Positions 10,973 to 21,261 of a stretch of 64,000 nt of DNA are shown here, in pieces (position 1 is the stretch's first letter; each line of letters starts with the position of its first letter). Source of the stretch: Vulcanimicrobiota bacterium (GTDB lineage: Bacteria > Vulcanimicrobiota > Vulcanimicrobiia > Eremiobacterales > Eremiobacteraceae); NCBI GenBank assembly GCA_963812135.1, contig CAWETU010000001.1, positions 320,001 through 384,000 of the forward strand. Direction: 5' to 3'. The position numbers and the translations under genes were made by a program. A model generated the notes under the pieces. It had not been told where the DNA came from, made no database searches, and worked only from the letters and a program-made list of their open reading frames with translations.

Positions 10973-12288
10973 ACGTCAAGATCCAGCATGTGGCCGAGCG
11001 ATTCGCGTCGGGCGATGAGTTTCGCCTGCCCGGCGCGCGCCAGGACGACCGCCGGACGCGGAAACCGGTTGTAGTTGCTGGCCATCGAGTACGTGTAGGC
11101 GCCGGTGTTGTGCACCGCGAGCAGGTCGCCGGGTTGCGGGTCGTCGAGGGTCACGTCTGGGAAGAGACGGTCCGCCTCGCAGTGCCGGCCGAAGACGGTG
11201 AAGACGTCGCCGGCGGTGGTGTTGGCCGCACTCCGTGTCGCCGGTTCTTGCATCCCGCCGTTCCGCAAGAGCGTCACGTCGTAGCGCGCATCGTACAACG
11301 CCGGTCGCGGGTTGTCCGACAAACCGCCGTCGACGATGAGCGCGCGCGTGCCGTCCGGCAGCGTCTTGCGCACGCCGATCGTGTAGAGCGACGTACCGGC
11401 TTGGGTGACGAGCGCTCGTCCGGGCTCGACGACGATCTGAGGCCGTGTCACTCCTTCGACGGCGAAGTAGCGCTCGAAGGCGTCGAAGACGACGGCCGCC
11501 CATTGCTCCGGCGTGGGCGCCGACTCGCCACGCTCGGAGACGCCGATGCCACCGCCGATGTCGACGACGCCGAACTCGACGCCGCTGCTCTCTCGAACAT
11601 CGCGCGCAAAGCAGCCGAGCGCCGCGATCTCCTCTTCGTATTTGGCAAGATCGTCGATGCGCGAACCGATGTGGCAATGGATGCCGGCCAGCGCAAGGCC
11701 GGGCGCGTCCATCGCGAGCTTGATCGCCGCGGCGGCCTGTCCATCGGCGATCGCAAAGCCGAACTTGGAATCCGGTCCGCTCGTCTGCACGTGCTCGTGC
11801 GTGTCCGTCGCGATCTCCGGGTTGACGCGCACGAGCACGGCCTGCTTCTTTCGATGCGCGCGCGCGGCTTCGTCGAGCGCAGCGATCTCGTCGCGGTGAT
11901 CGACGACGACGTAGCGCACGCCGGTTGACACGGCGAGCTCGATCTCCTCATGCGTCTTGAAGCAGCCGTGCATGAGACATCGATCCGGCGCAAGGCCGGC
12001 ATGCAGCGCCGTCTGGAGCTCGCCGGCGGAACAGACGTCGACGGCGAGGCCTTCGTCGGCCGCGATGCGCACGATCGCCTTGAGCATGAGCGCTTTTGCA
12101 GCGTAGGTCACGTCGGCGGTGCGGAACGCATCGCGAAACGCCGCCATCCGCGAACGCAGAATCCCCTCGTCGATGACCAGCAGCGGCGTGCCGTAGCGCC
12201 GCGCGAGATCGAATGCGTCGCAGCCGCCGAGCGCGGCGTCGACCGTATGTTCGCCATTGTGGGCCTGGGCGTCTGCGCGTATACTCAA
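10969..12288 (-). CDS. lysA: Diaminopimelate decarboxylase
   Basis: YGTPL, YAAKA, HCHIGS, EPGR, RPALY and GAYTYSMASNYN. Confidence 0.93.
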   Translation of the reverse strand: MSIRADAQAHNGEHTVDAALGGCDAFDLARRYGTPLLVIDEGILRSRMAAFRDAFRTADVTYAAKALMLKAIVRIAADEGLAVDVCSAGELQTALHAGLAPDRCLMHGCFKTHEEIELAVSTGVRYVVVDHRDEIAALDEAARAHRKKQAVLVRVNPEIATDTHEHVQTSGPDSKFGFAIADGQAAAAIKLAMDAPGLALAGIHCHIGSRIDDLAKYEEEIAALGCFARDVRESSGVEFGVVDIGGGIGVSERGESAPTPEQWAAVVFDAFERYFAVEGVTRPQIVVEPGRALVTQAGTSLYTIGVRKTLPDGTRALIVDGGLSDNPRPALYDARYDVTLLRNGGMQEPATRSAANTTAGDVFTVFGRHCEADRLFPDVTLDDPQPGDLLAVHNTGAYTYSMASNYNRFPRPAVVLARAGQAKLIARRESLGHMLDLDV

Positions 12289-12498
12289 GGAGCTAAGAGT
12301 CCAATCGTACCGATCATTCTATTGATGTCGTGAGGTCACGTCCATTGAGCGATTCCCACGATTCGCGCCGCCTCATCCGCGCGGCGGGTAATATCCGCAT
12401 CCTGCTGCTCGGGTTGCCCGGCCCGGCCGGTGCGAAGAGAGCGACGCGACCGATTGCGACGGGGACGTTCTCATTCCCCGCGCTGAGCGCCAACTAGA

Positions 12499-13104
12499 CT
12501 AACTCCGGTAGAGCCGCCGCGTTTCGATGAGGCGCCCGACGTCGTCGGGGGTCAAATAGCGTATAGGTTGTCCGAGCTTGACGCGATCGCGTATGACGCT
12601 GGCCGAGACGTCCACCAACGGCAGGTCGAGCACTTCGAAACGGGCTTGTAGCTTCGCCGGCAGATCGCCGATGATCCCCGCGATATCCTCGGTCCGCGCG
12701 CCTTCGCGCCGCACGACGTAGAAACGCGCGAGCGCGGCGGCGACTTCATCGAGCCGGCGCCAGCGGCTCACCGTAAGCGAGTCGACGCCTGCGATGAAAT
12801 GCAGCTCGTCGCCCGGATATTTGGCGCGCATGAGCGCAAGCGTGTCGGCCGTATAGACCGGTCCGGTCTGCTCGAGGGCCGTGGTGTCGATGGCGAACAT
12901 CGGATTGTCCTTGATCGCCGCTTCGATCATCGCGAGCCGGTCTGCAGCGCCGGCGTGGACGGCACGATGCGCCGGATCCCCGACCGGCACGAAAAGCACG
13001 CGGTCGAGGTGCGCCGCCGCTCGGACCGCCTCGGCGATGAAGAGATGGCCGTAGTGGATCGGGTCGAACGTGCCGCCGAGCAGACCGAGGCGCGCGCCGC
13101 TCAC
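12499..13104 (-). CDS. nadD: Nicotinate-nucleotide adenylyltransferase
   Basis: GGTFDPIHYGH and VSASVIR. Confidence 0.93.
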   Translation of the reverse strand: MSGARLGLLGGTFDPIHYGHLFIAEAVRAAAHLDRVLFVPVGDPAHRAVHAGAADRLAMIEAAIKDNPMFAIDTTALEQTGPVYTADTLALMRAKYPGDELHFIAGVDSLTVSRWRRLDEVAAALARFYVVRREGARTEDIAGIIGDLPAKLQARFEVLDLPLVDVSASVIRDRVKLGQPIRYLTPDDVGRLIETRRLYRS

Positions 13105-14366
13105 GAGTGCACGAATTCCCGAACGCCGACGCGGACCGTGTCGCCGGCGCGCAGACCGAGCTTCTCGAGCTTTCGCAACGCGCCGCTGCGCGCGAGCGCG
13201 CGCGCGAAGAACGCTTTGCCTTCGTCGGTGTCAAGATCGGTCATCTGCGCGAGGCGCTCGAGGCTCGCGCCCGCGACGCGAAACGCTGTGCCTTCTTTCG
13301 ACACTTCGACGCGGCGCCGCGAGCTCGAAGGCTTCGGACGCAGCACGACCGCGTCGACCGGCGCTTCCCGCGTGAGCGCCGTGGCGCGCGCCTCCACGAT
13401 CGCGGCATACGCAGCTGCCATCAATGGCTTGACGCCTTGCCCGGTGGCGGCGGAAATGGCGAAGACTTTTTCTTTCGTCGTCGCCTCGACCGCGGCGAGC
13501 ACATCTTTGGCGCTCGGAAGATCCATCTTAGAGACGACGAGGATGCGGCGCTCTTTCAAGAGCGCGGGGTTCCACGCGCCAAGCTCCGCCTCGATCATCG
13601 CGCGTTGCGCGAGCGCGTCGTCCGGCGGCAACCCGCCGTCGATCAGGTGGATGAGGACGCGCGTCCGCTCGACATGGCGCAAGAACTTGTCGCCGAGGCC
13701 GGCGCCGGCGCTCGCGCCCTCGATCAGCCCAGGCACGTCGACGAGCACGAAGTTCGCGTCGATGTCGATCTGCACGACGCCCAATTGCGGCTCGAGGGTC
13801 GTGAACGGATAGTCGGCGATCTTCGGCCGCGCGGCGGACACGCTCGCAAGCAGTGTGGACTTGCCTGCGTTGGGCGCGCCGACGATGCCCGCATCGGCGA
13901 GCAGCTTGAGTTGGAGATCGAGCATGCGCTCTTCGCCGGGCTCGCCCTTTTGCGCGAAGCGTGGCGACTGGTTCACCGACGTCGCGAAGTGCTGATTGCC
14001 GAGTCCGCCACGGCCGCCGCGCGCGACGCAGATGCGCGCGCCGGCGTCACGCACGTCGGCGATGAGCTGGCCGCTTTCGTGCACGAGCGTGCCGAGCGGC
14101 ACGGGGATGATGATGTCGTCGGCGTCTTTGCCATGGCAGTTGTCGATGCCGCCGTTCTCGCCGTTGCGCGCGTGAAACGAGCGCTTGTGGCGGAAATCGA
14201 GCAGCGTCGTCCGTTGCGGATCGCCTTCGACGTAGACGGAACCGCCGCGGCCGCCGTCGCCGCCGCTGGGTCCGCCGCGAGGCACGTACTTCTCGCGACG
14301 GAACGCCACAGCGCCGCCGCCGCCGTTGCCGCCGCGTACCGAGATGTGCGCTTCGTCTACGAACAT
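13101..14366 (-). CDS. obgE: GTPase ObgE
   Basis: FRREKYVPRGGPSGGDGG, GAPNAGKS, DVPG and a C-terminal OCT-type domain. Confidence 0.97.
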   Translation of the reverse strand: MFVDEAHISVRGGNGGGGAVAFRREKYVPRGGPSGGDGGRGGSVYVEGDPQRTTLLDFRHKRSFHARNGENGGIDNCHGKDADDIIIPVPLGTLVHESGQLIADVRDAGARICVARGGRGGLGNQHFATSVNQSPRFAQKGEPGEERMLDLQLKLLADAGIVGAPNAGKSTLLASVSAARPKIADYPFTTLEPQLGVVQIDIDANFVLVDVPGLIEGASAGAGLGDKFLRHVERTRVLIHLIDGGLPPDDALAQRAMIEAELGAWNPALLKERRILVVSKMDLPSAKDVLAAVEATTKEKVFAISAATGQGVKPLMAAAYAAIVEARATALTREAPVDAVVLRPKPSSSRRRVEVSKEGTAFRVAGASLERLAQMTDLDTDEGKAFFARALARSGALRKLEKLGLRAGDTVRVGVREFVHS

Positions 14367-14385
14367 GTGCTAGCTACTTCGCTCG

Positions 14386-14417
14386 AAAAACAAAAAACCC
14401 GCATCGCGTGCGGGTTT
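14386..14417 (-). terminator. Intrinsic terminator after rpmA
   Basis: AAACCCGCA/TGCGGGTTT stem followed by a U-run on the minus strand. Confidence 0.75.
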
Positions 14418-14442
14418 CGCTCGGGGAAAACCGGCGTTGGAT

Positions 14443-14733
14443 CTATGCCTTGCCGGCCGGGTCGACGGCGACGACTTGGCGATCCTTGCTGCCGCGCGAG
14501 AAGGCGACCTTGCCTTCGACGAGCGCGAACAACGTGTTGTCCTTGCCCATGCCGACGTTCGTGCCCGGATAGTACTTCGTGCCGCGCTGGCGCAGGATGA
14601 TGTTGCCGGCGATGACCGTTTGGCCGCCGAACTTTTTGACGCCCAGACGCTTGCTTTGCGAATCACGGCCATTGCGCGACGAACCGAGACCTTTCTTGTG
14701 GGCAAAGCGCTGCAGATTAATGGAGAAAGACAC
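14443..14733 (-). CDS. rpmA: 50S ribosomal protein L27 with N-terminal extension
   Basis: [15 protein letters not shown]...RQRGT; GTG start at 14733 with AAGGAG RBS. Confidence 0.96.
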   Translation of the reverse strand: MSFSINLQRFAHKKGLGSSRNGRDSQSKRLGVKKFGGQTVIAGNIILRQRGTKYYPGTNVGMGKDNTLFALVEGKVAFSRGSKDRQVVAVDPAGKA

Positions 14734-14784
14734 TCGAAAAGGGCTCCTTAGAATGGAAATCGTCCGAAAACCGGACGCCAACGA

Positions 14785-14814
14785 AGTATATCAAAGCTCG
14801 GCGTATTGGGTCAA
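14785..14814 (-). promoter_or_regulatory. Sigma70-type promoter for rpmA
   Basis: TTGACC-18 nt-TATACT with an extended -10 TG. Confidence 0.65.
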
Positions 14815-14843
14815 CTTCGGGGCTCCAAAGGGCGTTAAGAGAC

Positions 14844-16292
14844 CTAGCCCATGTTCTGTGTTGGGGGACGCAACGAGGCTCGCCGGCCGCCGAAACGATA
14901 AAACGCGAGACCGCTAGCGACCATGACCGCGGTGAGGCCGAGTACTTTCACCACCGCGAGTACCTTGTTCGGCTCGTCATCCGCCGGAAATGCGGCGAGC
15001 ACGATCGAGCCTGCCGTCGTGAGCAGGCCGATCGCGGCACCGATCACTACCGTCGCTTTGCCGCCCGGAATGCGGATATCGCCCGGCGCCGCTCCGCCGT
15101 GCAACTTGATCGCCGACGCGAAGAGCGCCAGGAACGGGATGAACGTGATGATCACCGTGGTGCTCACCAGCACATCGTATGCGCCCTTCACGCTTGTGCC
15201 GCCCTGCCCGAGGAGGATGAAGATCGCCGCGAGGGCCGCCTGCGTGATCAGCGCGACGACCGGCGAACCCCATCGAGGATGCATGCGGCCGAATGCAGCC
15301 GGCAGATAACGATCGATGCCGGCGACGAACGGAATGCGCGCGACCGCGCCGAGCCACGCGCCGACGCTGCCCAAGCAGCTGATCGTGACGAGCACGGCCG
15401 CGACCGGCGTCACCACAGACCAACCGATGCGCGTCGTACCTGCGGCGATCGATTGCATGACGCCGTATAATCCGCTGACATGCGCTGCGGGTACGGCCAC
15501 GAGCACGCTCGCCGTGCCGGCGATGTAGATCGCCGCGATCGCCGGCGCGGCGATCGCCAAGCCGCGCGGAATCGCGCGGCGCGGATCTTTGACCTCGCCG
15601 GACATGAACGCGATCGCCTCGGGACCAGTCCATGCGAATGCGATCACCGACCAGAAGATCACATCTTTGAGCCCAAGACCCGGCCGCACGGTCGCAAGAT
15701 TGATCGGCGTGGCTGCGCCGAACCGCCACCACAGCAGCACGCCGATGCCGATGAGCACGAGCGTCACGATCCAGCGGCTCGCCGCGCCGACGTTGTTGAG
15801 CCACTTGCCGACATCGAGCCCGAGCACGTTGACGATCGTACCAAGCGCGAGTCCGCCGATCGAAACGGCGATAAAGAACGCGGGCGTGCCGGCGAGCGAT
15901 GCGCCGGAGCCGCCGAACATATAGAGCGCATTGCCCGCGGTGAAGTACAGCAGCGCTGGGAAGTACGGCAGATTGCTCGCCCAATACGTCCAGCCCGTCA
16001 TGAAACCGGCGAACGGGCCAAAGGCGCGCTTGCTCCAGACGTAGACGCCGCCCTCTTCCGGATAGCGGGCGGTCAAATACACGACGGCGATGGAGAGCGG
16101 CACGAACATGCAGACACAACCGATGAGCCAGACGACGAGCGAGCTCGGGCCGGCCGCAGCAGCGGTGGCCACCCACTGCAGATTGGTGCATGCGATGACG
16201 AAGAAGAGCACCACGTCCATGAGCCCGAGACTGCGACGCAGCTCGGGGACGGCGGTTTCGCCCGCCAGGGCGACGGCCGGTCCGGTCGCCAC
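14844..16292 (-). CDS. APC family amino acid/polyamine permease
   Basis: About 12 TM segments; [10 protein letters not shown] and [10 protein letters not shown]. Confidence 0.88.
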   Translation of the reverse strand: MATGPAVALAGETAVPELRRSLGLMDVVLFFVIACTNLQWVATAAAAGPSSLVVWLIGCVCMFVPLSIAVVYLTARYPEEGGVYVWSKRAFGPFAGFMTGWTYWASNLPYFPALLYFTAGNALYMFGGSGASLAGTPAFFIAVSIGGLALGTIVNVLGLDVGKWLNNVGAASRWIVTLVLIGIGVLLWWRFGAATPINLATVRPGLGLKDVIFWSVIAFAWTGPEAIAFMSGEVKDPRRAIPRGLAIAAPAIAAIYIAGTASVLVAVPAAHVSGLYGVMQSIAAGTTRIGWSVVTPVAAVLVTISCLGSVGAWLGAVARIPFVAGIDRYLPAAFGRMHPRWGSPVVALITQAALAAIFILLGQGGTSVKGAYDVLVSTTVIITFIPFLALFASAIKLHGGAAPGDIRIPGGKATVVIGAAIGLLTTAGSIVLAAFPADDEPNKVLAVVKVLGLTAVMVASGLAFYRFGGRRASLRPPTQNMG

Positions 16293-16358
16293 GCGCTAAC
16301 CCTCGGGGCCGCGCGACTGGGGGAACGTCAATGCAGCGCGCGAAAACGCGCATTCGCC

Positions 16359-17516
16359 ATGGGACTCGAACGCACGCTGCCCCGCGATTTTTATTTCTCG
16401 GCTGAGTTGTACCGCCAGGAACAAGAGCGGATCTTTTGGCGCGAGTGGTTCTGCGCGGGCCGCGAAGAAGAGCTGCCGAATCCCGGAGACTACGTGCACG
16501 TCGACGTCGCCGGGCAGAGCGTGCTCGTCGTCCGCACCAAGGACGGCGCATTGGCCGCGCACTACAACGTCTGCCGCCATCGCGGCAGCCGGCTGGTGCT
16601 GGGCGAGCTGACGAAGATCGACATGGGCGATCGGTGCGCCCCGATGGGTACGTTTGGCGGCGCCATCCGTTGCCCGTATCATTCGTGGACGTACGAGCTC
16701 GACGGCCGCCTGCGCACCGCACCCTATCTCACCGAAAGCGATGGGGTGCGCAAAGAAGATTTCTCGCTGTATCCGGTCGGCATCGACACCTGGGGCGGTT
16801 TCTTCTTCCTCAATCTCATGCCCCAAGAGGCGGTTGCGCACGGGCACACGCTTGCCGCGCAACTCGACGCCGTTCCGCTGCGCCTCGCGCGCTATCCGCT
16901 GAGCGAGCTGCGCACCGCGCGGCGATTGATCTATGACGTCGCCGCCAACTGGAAGGTCATCCTCGAGAACTACAACGAGTGCTACCATTGCGCCGGCGTC
17001 CATCCCGAGCTGTGTTCCATCGTGCCCGCCTTCAAACAGGCGGGTGGCGGGCAGCTCGATTGGGAGCGCGGGATACCGCACCGCGATGGAGCGTTCACCT
17101 TCACGCGCAGCGGTACGACAACGCGAACCGCTTTCCCCGGGCTCGACGACGACGAGCGCGTGCGCCACAAGGGCGAGCTGATCTATCCCAACTTCTTGTT
17201 GAGCCTTTCAGCCGACCATGTCGCCGCATTCACGCTCTGGCCACATGCGCCGCAGCGCACCACCGTGGTGTGCGATTTCTTGTTCCATCCGAGCGAGATG
17301 TCCAAGCCCGGGTTCGACCCGTCGGATGCGGTCGAGTTCTGGGACCTCGTCAACCGCCAAGACTGGACGATCTGCACGTCGGTGCAGCGAGGCATGCAAG
17401 CGCGCGTCTTCGAGTACGGCTATTATGCGCCGATGGAAAGCGCGAGTCTCGACATCCGACGCTACGTGCGCGAACGGCTCGACATTCCAGAAGCCAGCGG
17501 TCCAGACGCCGAGTGA
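16359..17516 (+). CDS. Rieske non-heme iron oxygenase alpha subunit (glycine-betaine/choline oxygenase-like)
   Basis: Rieske ligands CRHRG...CPYHSW; mononuclear iron site ENYNECYHC-VHP...QDW. Confidence 0.88.
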   Translation: MGLERTLPRDFYFSAELYRQEQERIFWREWFCAGREEELPNPGDYVHVDVAGQSVLVVRTKDGALAAHYNVCRHRGSRLVLGELTKIDMGDRCAPMGTFGGAIRCPYHSWTYELDGRLRTAPYLTESDGVRKEDFSLYPVGIDTWGGFFFLNLMPQEAVAHGHTLAAQLDAVPLRLARYPLSELRTARRLIYDVAANWKVILENYNECYHCAGVHPELCSIVPAFKQAGGGQLDWERGIPHRDGAFTFTRSGTTTRTAFPGLDDDERVRHKGELIYPNFLLSLSADHVAAFTLWPHAPQRTTVVCDFLFHPSEMSKPGFDPSDAVEFWDLVNRQDWTICTSVQRGMQARVFEYGYYAPMESASLDIRRYVRERLDIPEASGPDAE

Positions 17517-18686
17517 CGACGCGCAGAGATTTCAGATTTCTCGTCCTGGGTCTTGGCGGCATCGGCAGCGGCGCCGCGTATTGGCTCTCGCGCCGCTTCG
17601 GCGCCGACGTCATCGGTCTCGAGCGGTTCGAACTCGGGCACGTGCGCGGCGAGTCCCAAGATCATTCGCGCATCATCCGCTTGTCGTATCATGCGCCGAT
17701 CTACGTCGAACTCGCCAAGCGCGCGTACGAAAGTTGGGCTGTGCTCGAGTCCGACGCGGGCGAGCGGGTCGTGCTCGAAACGGGCGGTCTCGATCTTGGT
17801 CCCAGGGTGAGCGCGATACCGCTGGAAACATACGCGCGGGCGATGGAGACGTGCGGCGTCGCATTCGAACGACTCGACGCGCGCGAGATCATGCGCCGCT
17901 GGCCGCAGTGGACGCTCACCGACGATATCGACGGCCTGTTCCAACCCCGCAGCGGCATCGCGATGGCTGCGAAAGCAAACGCCGCCCATCAACGCATGGC
18001 GCGCGAGCACGGCGCGACGCTGCTCGACCGCACGCTGGTCGCTTCGATACGCCAGACCGGCGGCGAATATGAGGTGGCGACGGAACGCGGTACCTTCCGG
18101 TGCCAGGGCCTTGCCGTCGCGGCGGGGCCGTGGTCGAACGACGCTCTGTCGAACTTCGGCGTGCATCTGCCGCTTGAAGTCACCAAGGAGCAGGTCACAT
18201 ACTTCGAGCCGCCGGCGTTGGCGAGCTTCGCGCCCGAACGCTTCCCGGTATGGATCTGGATGGACGATCCGTCGTTCTACGGCTTTCCTGCGTTCGGCGA
18301 ACCGGCGGTCAAAGTGGCGCAAGACGCAGGCGGGAAGACCGGTCGATCCGGACTCGCGCGATTTCGAACCGGACTCAGACAATCTGGCGCGCGTGCGCGC
18401 CTTCCTCGAGCGTCACTTGCCGTCGGCGCTCGGCCCGATCCGGTATACAAAGACATGTTTGTACACGCTCACGCCCGACCGTGATTTCGTCATCGACCAC
18501 ATCCCAGCTCATCCGACGGCAGCGGTCGCCATCGGTGCGGGGCACGCGTTCAAATTCGCGTCAGTGATCGGACGCGTACTGTCCGAGCTCATCGCCGACG
18601 GTTCCACACCCAGCGACATCGGCGCGTTTGCTCTCACGCGTCAGATTCTGACCCTGGCCGATCCGCCAAAGAAATATATGGTCTAG
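17513..18686 (+). CDS. Monomeric sarcosine oxidase/N-methyltryptophan oxidase family flavoprotein (+1 frameshift ~18338)
   Basis: GLGGIG and SQDHSRIIR in the first frame; CLYTLTPD and GHAFKF in the next frame. GTGA overlap with the Rieske gene. Confidence 0.85.
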
Positions 18687-18721
18687 CGAAGACCAAAGCC
18701 GCTTTTGCCGGGGTCGCGTTT

Positions 18722-19339
18722 TCAGCGTGGCCAGTAAAGGGTCGTGTTCGTGTACGGATCGTAGCCGATTTCGATTTGAATCGTCTTGTTCGGCTGGAGC
18801 GTCACTTGCGGGCCCGGGCCCTTGAGGTTCCCGAACGTGGCTTTACCGGCGCCGCTGCCGCCCATTCCCGATGTCTGGATCACTTTCCAATAAAGTGTGC
18901 CGGTCTCCGGCGCGTTCCCCGCAAGCGGAAACGCGAAAAGACAGCCGCCGGCGCTGTCAGGTTGGTAGCTGCCATGAACTGTCGTCTGGCCGGTCGGTGT
19001 GAGGACCAAGGAGATGACGCCGCACGCTTCCGTCACTGGGCCACCAGTCGGAGACGGCGAAGGCGCGACCATCGTCACGACCGCGGTGTTGATCTTCGGA
19101 CTGGGCTTGACCGTCGTCGCGACCGCGATATTGCTCTTTGGGCTTGCAGTGGGCGCGGGTTGAATCGCTGCCGTCAAACCTCGCGAACTCACGTGAAAGC
19201 CTGCTTGGCCGACGCGGTCGCCCTGGATCCGGATGTAGCCGACCCACCCACGGGTGGAAGCCAGGACAGGCGCTTGGCTCGTTGCGGCGATGAACGAAGC
19301 AAAAGCGAGGGTGAGCACGAGTGCAGACGCCTTCCACAT
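18722..19339 (-). CDS. Secreted hypothetical protein with Pro/Thr-rich linker
   Basis: Signal peptide, GGAGG RBS and a Cys pair. Confidence 0.6.
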   Translation of the reverse strand: MWKASALVLTLAFASFIAATSQAPVLASTRGWVGYIRIQGDRVGQAGFHVSSRGLTAAIQPAPTASPKSNIAVATTVKPSPKINTAVVTMVAPSPSPTGGPVTEACGVISLVLTPTGQTTVHGSYQPDSAGGCLFAFPLAGNAPETGTLYWKVIQTSGMGGSGAGKATFGNLKGPGPQVTLQPNKTIQIEIGYDPYTNTTLYWPR

Positions 19340-19434
19340 GATAGTGATCCTCCGTTGTCTCTGAAACGCGGCATTACACCGGGAAATTCCACGGCCGTTG
19401 CCTTGCCAACGCGGGGTGTGGGTAAAGGGTATCT

Positions 19435-20326
19435 ATGCGGCAGGCTGTCATCATCGCTAGCCTTTCCTCGCGCTACGGCAAGGTAGACTTGGACGAGGCG
19501 CGCTCGCTCCTCCTCGCCCGAGGTATCGAAGTCGCCGAGTCATACGCGAGCGCGGATCACCGCGAGCTCTGTCGCCGGGTGAGGAGCGCCGTCAAGTCGG
19601 GTCATCGCTTGATCGTGGCGTGCGGCGGGGACGGCTTGCAGACTTCGATCGTCGGCGAACTTGCGCATACCAAGGCCGTGCTCGGCGTCATTCCCGCCGG
19701 CACCGGCAACAGTTTCGCGCAAAGCCTTGACATCAAGATGTCTGTCAAAGACGCCGTCGACATCATCGCAAAGGGAAAAGTCGCCAAGGTTGACCTCGGC
19801 GTCGTCAACGGGACTCATTTCGCCAATTTCGCGACGATCGGCTTACCGTCCGAAATCGCGCGGCGCACGCCGCGCTCTCTGAAGAAGTGGACGGGCCCGC
19901 TGGCATACGCGCTCGCCGGTGCGGGACCCATTCTCACTCGCCGGCCCTTCACGTGCGTGATCAAATGGAAGCGCCAGAAGCTCAAATTGGAAACGCATTT
20001 GGTCATCGTGGCCAACGGCCGTTTCTACGGCGACACGCCGCTGTTGCCCAAAGCCTCGCTCACGGACGGGAAACTGTCGGTGTTCACGACGACGGGGCGT
20101 CTCGATCGGCGACAAGGTCGGAACGTCCATCGACTTCCTGCGGGGTGATCAGACGAAGCGCCGCGATGCCGAGTTCTTCTCAGCCTCCAAGCTCCGGGTC
20201 AAGACACACAAGCGCCAGCCGATCGCGATCGACGGCGACTATCTCGGTAAGACGCCCGCAAAATTCTCTGTCGACAAGCGTGCGCTCAAAGTGATGGTGT
20301 CCAAGCGCTTCAAGGAGCGCTCCTAG
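19435..20326 (+). CDS. Diacylglycerol kinase family lipid kinase (YegS/BmrU-like; +1 frameshift ~20095)
   Basis: GGDG, PAGTGNSFA and NGRFYG; the sequence continues in the +1 frame with IDGD to TAG at 20324-20326. Confidence 0.85.
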
Positions 20327-20961
20327 ATGGAGGCGCGGCTGTGGACCTCGAGCGCGGTTGCGTTTGCTCTTTTCCTCGCGCTTGGCTTTTTCGTCATGTC
20401 GATGCCGACTTCGAGCCTCGATATCGCGGCTGCGTCGCTACAAGGGCACGGCCGTGCAGGCTGCGGTCATCTTCACCGAATCTGGGAGGTTTGTCGCGCT
20501 CGCTGTGATAGGTCTCATCGGTGTGGCGATACTCGCCGCGGCACGAATGCCGTGGTGGTTCGGCGTCGGCGTGCTCCTGTCGGAGGCTGCGTCGCAAGGC
20601 GCGATCGAGCTGATCAAGGACGTGTTCCACCGCGTTCGCCCAGACTACTGGATCGTGTATCACGAAAGTGGCTACTCGTATCCAAGCGGGCACGCAGCCA
20701 CGGCGATCGTTTTCTTCGGAAGTTGGTTCTTGATCGTATCTGTTGTCGCCGCTGCCGCGCGCCGATGAGGATACATCTTGGCTGCGATCATCTTCGCATG
20801 GATGATCGGCATCGATTGGTCGCGCCTCGCGCTCGGCGCACATTACGCGACCGACGTGCTCGGGGGACCTGTTCGGCATCGCCTGGGTGAGCAGTCTCCT
20901 TGCGTCCATTGTCCACTTCAGGCGCACACGCCAAATCGTGGGACAAGCACTTCCGCACTAG
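20327..20961 (+). CDS. PAP2 family membrane phosphatase (several frameshifts)
   Basis: K-x6-RP, YPSGH and SRLALGAHYATDV are spread across ORF fragments. Confidence 0.8.
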
Positions 20962-20966
20962 CGTTC

Positions 20967-21116
20967 CTAGCGTCGTTTGAAGTACTGCACCGCGCGCTCG
21001 TGTTTTTCGGCCGCCTCGCGGCTCTTGAACGTGCCGAGGTTCCTGCGCTTGCCGGTCTTCGGGTTTTTCTTCCTCGAATAGAGGCGGTACTCGCCTGACG
21101 GCAATTTGCGTATCAT
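20967..21116 (-). CDS. Small basic hypothetical protein (49 aa)
   Basis: MIRKLPSGEYRLYSRK...RNLGTFKSREAAEKHERAVQYFKRR, a compact protein-like sequence with typical codon usage. Confidence 0.75.
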   Translation of the reverse strand: MIRKLPSGEYRLYSRKKNPKTGKRRNLGTFKSREAAEKHERAVQYFKRR

Positions 21117-21261
21117 GCGCGCCGCTTCGGTCGGCCCAAGCGAAGGCCCTATTTCAGGCCGCGTTCGGGGCAAAAACCCAGTAGGTGAGCACGGGCACGG
21201 CGCGCGAATGACCGCTGCAGCGGCGGCCATTTCCTTATTGTAGCGAAAGGTCTTTTCTCAC

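Noticed and set aside
19185..19200. parS-like TCACGTGAAA
   Set aside because: Too many mismatches to the 16-bp palindrome, and it lies inside a CDS.
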